From: a virus
DNA length: 64,000 nucleotides
Direction: 5' to 3' (one strand)
Virus record (IMG/VR): IMGVR_UViG_3300042991_000159
Location: 35,796-99,795 of that record
In this document: one piece after another, positions 57,228 to 64,000 of the stretch
How positions within the stretch are numbered: position 1 is the first letter of the stretch
Layout: each line of letters starts with the position of its first letter
Translations under genes and position numbers: made by a program
Notes under the pieces: model-generated
What the model was told of the DNA's origin: nothing
The model's input: the letters and a program-made list of their open reading frames with translations, nothing else
The model's database searches: none

Positions 57228-57358
57228 AGGAATATTGCTTGTTCAACTAACAATTAATTATTATTAATTATCTTTGGGTAGTCATTGGTAAACGTTCTTT
57301 ATTTGATTGTTACGAAAAATCCTATGATACAGATTTCAATAGAACGAGCAATATTCCT
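57228..57358 (+). promoter_or_regulatory. 17-bp inverted repeat enclosing a TATCTTTG promoter element upstream of tmRNA (element 4)
   Basis: AGGAATATTGCTTGTTC (57228-57244) and GAACGAGCAATATTCCT (57342-57358); TATCTTTG at 57269-57276. Confidence 0.6.
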
Positions 57359-57370
57359 TTTTTAAAATAT

Positions 57371-57691
57371 GGGCGTATAATTGGATTTGATTGCGTTGAT
57401 TGGTAAATGTGGCAACCAAGCTGGTGAGCTTTGTACACGCAAACATAAGTGGAGACAATAAAGTTGTACCCATGTACACAAACTACTACTCACGAGTAGC
57501 AGCTTAGTACGGACTTGTCAGAGAGTTGGCAACAGAACTCTGACACATTGTAAGTTTGTTCAAACTATAAATGAACTGGTGGAGCTGACAGATTCATTTC
57601 TGTCTCCTAGTGAATGACAGTAAACTGTCTATGGTTGTAAACTATATTTATGCGACAATGTAAGACGGGGGTTCGATCCCCCCTACGTCCA
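57371..57691 (+). ncRNA. ssrA: tmRNA (transfer-messenger RNA)
   Basis: Acceptor stem GGGCGUA/UACGUCC-A with the G3.U alanine determinant; 5' GGAUUUGA; T-arm GGGGGUUCGAUCCCCC; tag frame 57451-57507 after UAAGU encodes (A)GDNKVVPMYTNYYSRVAA-stop; 321 nt. Confidence 0.93.
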
Positions 57692-57720
57692 CAAATAGTA
57701 TTAACTAAATATAAAAATGT

Positions 57721-58230
57721 ATGAAACTCAAAGTAGCTAAGTGGCAAGAGAAATCAGGAAGTAAGCTTGAAGCTGAGGGACTGATTCGAAGGAATAGTAA
57801 TAAACCTGAATATGGTAGCCTGATGTTGACAGCAAATACAGTTGCAGTCAATAAAGGATATTTGAACTTCAAAACAAAAATTGGATTCATTACTGCAAAG
57901 GTTGAAGACTTAATGAAACTGATTGAAAATAAGAAACTCTCAGAAGGAAGTGATTTCAGTGCATTGGTAGCACCACATCGGATTGTTACACTGGAAAAAG
58001 TATCTAGTGAAATGACTGATGATGATAGGGGATATACTCCTAAAATCAATCCTTCAACCGGAGAAATTCTTACCAGAGGTGGAGAAACTATCTTCAGAAA
58101 AACTGAAGTAGTAGAACAAGGTTCTGATGTTATAGATTTACTTGTATCACACGATACTGTACCGGTAGTAGATCAGGCAAATACAGAATTTATTAAAACC
58201 AGTAAACAGAATATAGTGGCTGAATTGTAA
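57721..58230 (+). CDS. Putative single-stranded DNA-binding protein
   Basis: 169 aa; PKINPSTGEILTRGGETIFRKT...DLLVSHD motif; upstream of PolB with its own terminator; function inferred. Confidence 0.5.
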   Translation: MKLKVAKWQEKSGSKLEAEGLIRRNSNKPEYGSLMLTANTVAVNKGYLNFKTKIGFITAKVEDLMKLIENKKLSEGSDFSALVAPHRIVTLEKVSSEMTDDDRGYTPKINPSTGEILTRGGETIFRKTEVVEQGSDVIDLLVSHDTVPVVDQANTEFIKTSKQNIVAEL

Positions 58231-58247
58231 TCGAAATTTATTCTGTT

Positions 58248-58292
58248 AAGAGTAGCCCTTTTTCGTTCCGATTTTGAGGGCTACTCTTTTTA
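58248..58292 (+). terminator. Intrinsic terminator
   Basis: AAGAGTAGCCCTT...GAGGGCTACTCTT followed by TTTT. Confidence 0.85.
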
Positions 58293-58316
58293 TTATCTTA
58301 TTTAATATTTGTTATT

Positions 58317-60212
58317 ATGGATGTTGAGAAAAAAATTTGGGTATATGATCTTGAACAATTAAGGAATTTTCATTCTGGAACCTTCATGGATCGTGATGAC
58401 CCAACTAATGTGAGAGTATTTGTTATCCATAAATCAAGAAATGATATGTTTGAGTACTACAAATTCCTTAAAGAAGAAGTAGCTGGACTCATTGGATTTA
58501 ATTGTATAAATTATGATTATCCGTTATTACATTTCTTTATGGCAATAATGACTATTGCAAATGAAAAAACTACAGCAGATGGATTTAATGAATTATTATC
58601 TGAAGAGTCCCAGAGAATTATAAATACGGAATATTCGGCTATACCTGAGAGAGATACAAGGATACCACAATTAGATTTATATCGAATACATCATTTCGAT
58701 AATAAGGCTAAGATGACGAGTTTAAAATATCTACAAATAAATATTAAATATCATAATGTACAGGATATTCCTTTTGATGAAGATCATTATATTACTGAGG
58801 AAGAGATACCAGAGATTCTTGCTTATAACTTTAATGATGTAGATTCAACCAGAGAGTTCTATTTTCTGAGTGTGGATATGATAGAATTAAGAAAGAAATT
58901 AAGTACAAAATATAGAATAAATTTACGTAATGCAAATGACCCTAAGATTGGTCAGGAGATATTTGGAAGGGAGATTGCGAGGAAATTAAATATAAATTAT
59001 AAAGTTCTCAGAGATATGAGAACATATCGGAGGTCAATAAATTTAAAGGATTGTGTACTTCCACAAATAAAATTCAAGAGCAAAGAGTTCAATAGAATTT
59101 TAGAATTTTTTAAACAGACTACAATAGTAACAACATATAAAGCATTTGAAGAGTCAGTAATATATAAGGGATTTAAGTATGATTACGGAACCGGAGGTTT
59201 ACACGGATGTATAGATTCAGGAGTATATGAATCTGATGAATATTATGAGATCATAGATATTGATGTAAGCTCATATTATCCCAATATAGCGATTCAAAAC
59301 AATTTCTATCCTCAACATTTGGGTGAATCTTTTGTTGAGGTATATCGAGAGATAATTGAGCTTAAGAACGAAGCAGGAAGAATAGGAGATAAAACAACTA
59401 AATCAGGTATGAAATTATCTGCTAATGGAGTTTATGGTAAAAGTAATGATCAATATTCGTTATTTTATGATCCAAAATATACTATGAGAGTAACTATCAA
59501 TGGTCAACTCATGTTATCTATGTTGGCTGAAAGTTTAGCATTGACGTTAGGAGAATTAGTTATTTTACAAGTAAATACTGATGGGATAACTATTAAAATA
59601 CCAAGAAATTATAGAGGTGTAGTAGATAGGATATGTAAAGAGTGGGAAGAGGAAACAGGATTAACGCTTGAGTATGCTCAATATAAGAAGATGGTTATTA
59701 GAGATGTAAACAACTATCTAGCTATTACTACTGATGATAAAGCAAAACCTAAAGGATGTTTCGAGATCATACCAATGCAGAATGGAGCTATCGCATATAA
59801 TAAAAACTGGTCCATGAGAGTTGTACCTAAAGCACTTCATGCGTATTATATAGATGGTATTAAACCAGAAGATTTTGTAGTAACACACGACGATATATAT
59901 GATTTTACTATCGGATTTAGAGCAAAAGGTAGTTGGGATGTATGGGCAACATTTATTGAAAATTGTAACAAAGTCAAGGTAAAACAACAAAAGACTCTTA
60001 GATATTTTATGTCTAAGACAGGTGCAGTTCTTACTAAAGAAAATCGTGATGATGGTAGAATAATATCTCTCGAAGCAAGTAGAACAACTACTATATTCAA
60101 TAAATATGTTGATTTATCAATGGAAGAATATAACATTGATTATGGATATTATTTGAGAGAAATTAATAAAATTATAAATGCTGTAGACGATGGACAACTT
60201 AAATTATTTTAA
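58317..60212 (+). CDS. polB: DNA polymerase, family B
   Basis: Exo I YDLE, Exo II GFNCINYD, Exo III YNFNDV; polymerase motifs DIDVSSYYPN, KLSANGVYG and NTDG. Confidence 0.93.
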   Translation: MDVEKKIWVYDLEQLRNFHSGTFMDRDDPTNVRVFVIHKSRNDMFEYYKFLKEEVAGLIGFNCINYDYPLLHFFMAIMTIANEKTTADGFNELLSEESQRIINTEYSAIPERDTRIPQLDLYRIHHFDNKAKMTSLKYLQINIKYHNVQDIPFDEDHYITEEEIPEILAYNFNDVDSTREFYFLSVDMIELRKKLSTKYRINLRNANDPKIGQEIFGREIARKLNINYKVLRDMRTYRRSINLKDCVLPQIKFKSKEFNRILEFFKQTTIVTTYKAFEESVIYKGFKYDYGTGGLHGCIDSGVYESDEYYEIIDIDVSSYYPNIAIQNNFYPQHLGESFVEVYREIIELKNEAGRIGDKTTKSGMKLSANGVYGKSNDQYSLFYDPKYTMRVTINGQLMLSMLAESLALTLGELVILQVNTDGITIKIPRNYRGVVDRICKEWEEETGLTLEYAQYKKMVIRDVNNYLAITTDDKAKPKGCFEIIPMQNGAIAYNKNWSMRVVPKALHAYYIDGIKPEDFVVTHDDIYDFTIGFRAKGSWDVWATFIENCNKVKVKQQKTLRYFMSKTGAVLTKENRDDGRIISLEASRTTTIFNKYVDLSMEEYNIDYGYYLREINKIINAVDDGQLKLF

Positions 60213-60215
60213 TAT

Positions 60216-60788
60216 ATGGAAGAAATAGATATTCGACGCTCAAAGATAGATAATGATCCATACACAAAATTTGGTAAATATTTATTATTTCATTTGGGTG
60301 TAGACATTGATCCTGATGAACTTGATTGGCTGTATATTATTAAAGGATTTTTAAAGCAAACGATTTCAATTCAACCGGGATTAATGTACATTAATTGGGT
60401 TGTGTGTCATCATTTCGAAGTTGATCCATTAGAAGTAAGATATAGCAGAAGCAAAAAAAGAGAATATGCATATCCAAAACATATAGCTACATATTTAGCA
60501 GATAGGGTATTTAATATTGCTCAAGAAAAAATACGGGATTTTTATGAGTATAAAAACAGAAGTAGTATACCAAATGCAAATACTAATGTTGAGAATCTTA
60601 TGAAAACTAATAAAAAATTTAAATCAGACGTAGAACACATTACAAACAAAATTTTAGGATATGAACAAATCTTCAAAGAGTCGATCTCAAGTACAATGGG
60701 AATCCCTTATGGCATTCAAAAGACAGGAATCAAAGAGGGGAACAATTTGCCTCTCTACAGGAACGGGGAAATCCAAAGTAGCGATTGA
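60216..60788 (+). CDS. DnaA C-terminal (domain IV) HTH-like protein
   Basis: VVCHHFEVDPLEV...SRSKKREYAYPKHIATYLA...IRDFYEYKNRSSI resembles Bac_DnaA_C. Confidence 0.7.
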   Translation: MEEIDIRRSKIDNDPYTKFGKYLLFHLGVDIDPDELDWLYIIKGFLKQTISIQPGLMYINWVVCHHFEVDPLEVRYSRSKKREYAYPKHIATYLADRVFNIAQEKIRDFYEYKNRSSIPNANTNVENLMKTNKKFKSDVEHITNKILGYEQIFKESISSTMGIPYGIQKTGIKEGNNLPLYRNGEIQSSD

Positions 60789-61947
60789 TTTCATAAAGGA
60801 AGAAACGTCTATTTTGGACGTATTGATTACTTCTCCACGAACTAATCTTAAAGAAAATTGGCGTAAAGAATTAACTAAATGGGGATTAATAGAGTGGGGA
60901 GAAGAAATATGGGTATGGAATCATCGTCATGTAAGAATTTTTATTGAGAATGTTCAAACAGCTTATAAATGGAAAGATCGTGAGTTTGATTTTATCATAG
61001 CTGATGAAATTCATACAATGGTAACTCCTGAATATTCTTCGGTATTTGAAATTAAAGCGGAATGGATTATGGGATTGACTGCAACTCATGATATTACAGA
61101 TAAGAATGATAAACAATATTATTATGATAAATATTGTCCTGTTATCTATGAATATTATGAATCAGCAGAAGATGGTCTTATTAACAAAACACGTTTTTTT
61201 ATTGTTGAGCATGAGCTTGGAGATCATCCAACAAAAGCTGGAACAAAGAAAATGCCTTTTATGACTACCGAGGCTAAGAATTATGAATTTCTTACAAGAC
61301 GAATAAAGGAAGGTCAGGCGGCTATGATGGCTGAAGGATCACAGGATTGGTTTACTGATGCAGCAAACTGGTTCTGGAATAATATGGGATCACCATCTGA
61401 GAAACATGCTGCTATGAAGTATTTAAATTCAATTAAGGCAAGAAAAGAGTTCCTTCTCTCTCTTAGTTCAACTGCATCATTAGCACGTATGATTAAGAAT
61501 GGTATTCTTGCATCACTTCCCGGTTCAAAAGTTCTTATATTTTCAGAGTTAACTAAACAAATTGAAAGAATTACTGGTTTAACAGTGCATTCTCATAATT
61601 CTGAAGAAAAAAATTTACAACGAATAGAAGATTATAATGAAGGTCTTATTCGTGAACTTGGTAGTTGCCAATCTCTTACACTTGGATTGAATCTTAAAGG
61701 TGCAACTCATGGTATAATGGAATCTTATGTAGGTTCTGAAACCAGATCAAAACAGAAGAAAGGAAGATTAGACAGATTAGGAACAGATGATGTTGCTGAT
61801 ATGTGGTTTATTCTTGTAAAAGGAACACAATCAGAGAAATGGTTTGAATCAATGGTAAAGGGTTTCGATCTTAGTGAAGCAATTTACATTAATAGCAAAA
61901 AAATTATGCACGATGAGTTCGATTATACAACGTCTCAGATTAAATGA
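60661..61947 (+). CDS. Superfamily 2 helicase
   Basis: TGTGKS, DEIH, GLTAT, LTLGLNL and QKKGRLDR motifs. Confidence 0.9.
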   Translation: MNKSSKSRSQVQWESLMAFKRQESKRGTICLSTGTGKSKVAIDFIKEETSILDVLITSPRTNLKENWRKELTKWGLIEWGEEIWVWNHRHVRIFIENVQTAYKWKDREFDFIIADEIHTMVTPEYSSVFEIKAEWIMGLTATHDITDKNDKQYYYDKYCPVIYEYYESAEDGLINKTRFFIVEHELGDHPTKAGTKKMPFMTTEAKNYEFLTRRIKEGQAAMMAEGSQDWFTDAANWFWNNMGSPSEKHAAMKYLNSIKARKEFLLSLSSTASLARMIKNGILASLPGSKVLIFSELTKQIERITGLTVHSHNSEEKNLQRIEDYNEGLIRELGSCQSLTLGLNLKGATHGIMESYVGSETRSKQKKGRLDRLGTDDVADMWFILVKGTQSEKWFESMVKGFDLSEAIYINSKKIMHDEFDYTTSQIK

Positions 61948-62167
61948 GACATCGGAACAGCATAGTCTTGACATATTAATTCAATTGATTGAGGTTGAGT
62001 ATCCAAATGAAGATGTCAATGACATAGCCAACTTGCAAAGACTTTTGAAAGCTGAATTTGGTATTGAATTTAGTGAAGGAGACATCTTAAATCATTATAT
62101 AGTTTCTTTTGAAGAAGACGATGCAAGATTGCAGTATAAACATTTAAATATTAAGGCTAATGCTTAG
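61913..62167 (+). CDS. Hypothetical protein
   Basis: Likely ATG at 61913 (MSSIIQRL). Confidence 0.55.
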   Translation: MSSIIQRLRLNETSEQHSLDILIQLIEVEYPNEDVNDIANLQRLLKAEFGIEFSEGDILNHYIVSFEEDDARLQYKHLNIKANA

Positions 62168-62762
62168 TGATTATCAACAAGTGTACAAGGAAGCGGAACT
62201 CAGGTTATATGAGTTCTCGCTTCTTGTACTTGTGTACGAGCAGAACTTCGAATTTCTTGAAATAATATATGATAATAATTTTATTGATTATACCAGTGCA
62301 ATAAAATATCTTGAATTTAAAGGATATATCAAACAGTTTGGTGATAAACCTACTGATATTACATTAAGAAAATCAGGAGAAAGCTTGTTTTCAAAATTAA
62401 CCAAACAAAAGAGAAAAACAATTACGCAAGAAGAAGTAGATCAATGGTTTAGTGAATGGAGAGATATATTTCCTAATGGATCAAATGCAGCAGGATACAG
62501 ATACAAAGGTAGTCGTTTGGAAGGATTAAGAAAAATGACTAAATTTGTGAACCAGTATGATTTCACGAAGGAAGAGATTTTTAAAGCGACTAAACATTAC
62601 GTAAATAGATTTGCTATCCGAGGGTATAACTATATGCAGCAATCTCATTATTTTATTGATAAGAAGGATTCAGGTTCTAATTTAGCATCTGAGTGTGAAG
62701 CTATTAGAGAACAAGGTGAACAACCTGTAAAGAAACCCAATCATGGCGACAGACTTATCTAA
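62160..62762 (+). CDS. Putative replication initiator / replisome organiser
   Basis: wHTH-like N-terminus; FSEWRDIFP...EIFKATKHYV...YMQQSHYFI motif; directly upstream of dnaB. Confidence 0.6.
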   Translation: MLSDYQQVYKEAELRLYEFSLLVLVYEQNFEFLEIIYDNNFIDYTSAIKYLEFKGYIKQFGDKPTDITLRKSGESLFSKLTKQKRKTITQEEVDQWFSEWRDIFPNGSNAAGYRYKGSRLEGLRKMTKFVNQYDFTKEEIFKATKHYVNRFAIRGYNYMQQSHYFIDKKDSGSNLASECEAIREQGEQPVKKPNHGDRLI

Positions 62763-63699
62763 TAAGAAATTACAATTCATTTCCCTTGAAGACGCTGCTC
62801 GTCAAGAGCTACGTTACATTAAAGGAAGAATGGACGGTAATATCAAATCTCTATTAACACCTTGGAGGAAGTTTAATATTGCTTCCATGAATGGTATTGA
62901 ATGGGGAAGTATTATCACTATAGCTGGTATGAGTGGTAGTGGTAAAACTGCTATCCTCAACGAGTTAGAAACAGGACTGTTCGAGAAAAATCCTCAAGAA
63001 AATTTTGCAGTGTTATCTTTCAATTTTGAGATGATGGCACGTAGATTGGTTGGCAGGAAGATTTCTAAAGCAATGAATAGAACAGTCAAACAAATGTATA
63101 ATGCAGATTTAGAGCAGAAAAATAAGAATTTTACATTAACAGATTATAACGCAGCAGTAGAGTATTTAAGGACAATAAAGAATTTACCGGTATCTTATGT
63201 AGATATACCGGGAACAACGCAGGAAATTGTGAATACTATCGAACATTTTGCGATGGGTATTCCAGATAATTTAGATAAAGGAATATTAGTCACGCTTGAC
63301 CATAGTATTCTTGTAAAAAAATTTGGTGAACAGACTACACTCGACGTTCTTTATGATCTTGCGAGTGCATTTAACGGATTGAAAAAGAAGATTAAATCTT
63401 CTTATATAATTGTAAGTCAACTAAATAGAGGGATTGAGAATGTAGAACGTATTCAAAATAAGAATCTACATTTTCCTATGAAATCGGATGTATTTGGTGC
63501 AGATGCACTATATCAATATTCAGATGTGTTCATGATAACACATCGCCCTGATATATTAAAACTTCAAACATATGGTCCTAATGATTGGGAGGTTGAAGAT
63601 TTAATATATTGGCATTACCTGAAGGTTAGGGACGGTGATCCCCTTGTCGCTAAGATGAAGAACCTTCTTAAATATAATCAAGTCATTGACTTTGATTAA
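62743..63699 (+). CDS. dnaB: DnaB-like replicative helicase
   Basis: AGMSGSGKT, FNFEM, VTLDH, VSQLNR, QYSD and LKVRDG motifs. Confidence 0.92.
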   Translation: MATDLSNKKLQFISLEDAARQELRYIKGRMDGNIKSLLTPWRKFNIASMNGIEWGSIITIAGMSGSGKTAILNELETGLFEKNPQENFAVLSFNFEMMARRLVGRKISKAMNRTVKQMYNADLEQKNKNFTLTDYNAAVEYLRTIKNLPVSYVDIPGTTQEIVNTIEHFAMGIPDNLDKGILVTLDHSILVKKFGEQTTLDVLYDLASAFNGLKKKIKSSYIIVSQLNRGIENVERIQNKNLHFPMKSDVFGADALYQYSDVFMITHRPDILKLQTYGPNDWEVEDLIYWHYLKVRDGDPLVAKMKNLLKYNQVIDFD

Positions 63700-63720
63700 T
63701 GTTAAACGAAAACAAACACT

Positions 63721-64000
63721 ATGAGAAAGCGAATCGTACTCTTTCTATTATTTGTGCTTGTCATTTCTGTTAATTTACGTGCTCCCAACCTTTCCGAAAG
63801 GTATGTGGAAGAGCAACTTTTCAATCTCAATCGAAGATTAATAAAAGAACTTGTCGAACTGAGAAAGGAAAGGGAACTCCGCAGGTATCTTGATTCTATA
63901 GGTTATAGTGAATCAAGAAATAATCCTAAAGCATGGAACAGATTTGGTTATATTGGAAAGTATCAATTTGGATACGCAGCAAGAGCATTTTGTGGGTATA
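63721..64000 (+). CDS. Lysozyme-like / lytic transglycosylase with N-terminal signal or anchor, 3' truncated
   Basis: MRKRIVLFLLFVLVISVNL...YLDSIGYSESRNNPKAWNRFGYIGKYQFG: catalytic ES motif and GxYQF motif. Confidence 0.75.
   Translation, partial: MRKRIVLFLLFVLVISVNLRAPNLSERYVEEQLFNLNRRLIKELVELRKERELRRYLDSIGYSESRNNPKAWNRFGYIGKYQFGYAARAFCGY

Noticed and set aside
57371-57691. tRNA-Ala or intron-containing tRNA
   Set aside because: There is no anticodon arm; the internal tag frame ending in AA-stop and the 321-nt length identify tmRNA.
32744-63699. Introns or inteins in MCP, TerL, PolB or DnaB
   Set aside because: The ORFs are continuous and of ordinary length, with no intein or homing-endonuclease motifs noticed.
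1-64000. Stop-codon reassignment (TAG or TGA), common in some crAss-like clades
   Set aside because: Conserved genes are full length in the standard code; TAG and TGA both end genes at tight junctions (e.g. 2859, 14820), and I saw no suppressor tRNA.

Overview
A 64-kb segment of a crAss-like (Crassvirales-type) phage genome, AT-rich and read in the standard genetic code. The host is most likely a member of the Bacteroidota, judging from TAnnTTTG promoters, A-rich leaders without Shine-Dalgarno sites, signal peptides with Gln at +1, and a tmRNA tag of Bacteroidota type. Positions 1-52335 are a minus-strand late/structural arm. In transcription order it holds a first fibre module (signal-peptide beta-helix protein, S74-chaperoned fibre, adhesin-like tip), small DNA-binding genes, a NUMOD1-metallophosphoesterase, terminase, portal, scaffold, major capsid, ring and auxiliary capsid proteins, and a lysis cassette. 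These are followed by a ~12.5-kb second fibre cassette containing a YkgJ/FliB-like Cys-cluster gene, ring/IHF/muzzle genes, and the ejected cargo genes; the largest cargo gene runs off the left edge. After a strand switch at ~52.35-52.5 kb, a plus-strand early/replication arm carries small genes, a small outer-membrane beta-barrel, several long structured intergenic elements, a complete tmRNA, a putative SSB, PolB, a DnaA-domain-IV-like protein, an SF2 helicase, DnaB and a truncated signal-anchored lysozyme-like gene. The most notable observations are four: a split, modular cargo protein whose domains are bounded by repeated [F/Y/H]xxGG motifs; four ~115-135 nt elements closed by long stems in the early arm; a phage tmRNA with an extended tag; and exported (signal-peptide) tailspike-like and beta-barrel proteins. 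All family assignments come from motif recognition and gene order, not from database searches.
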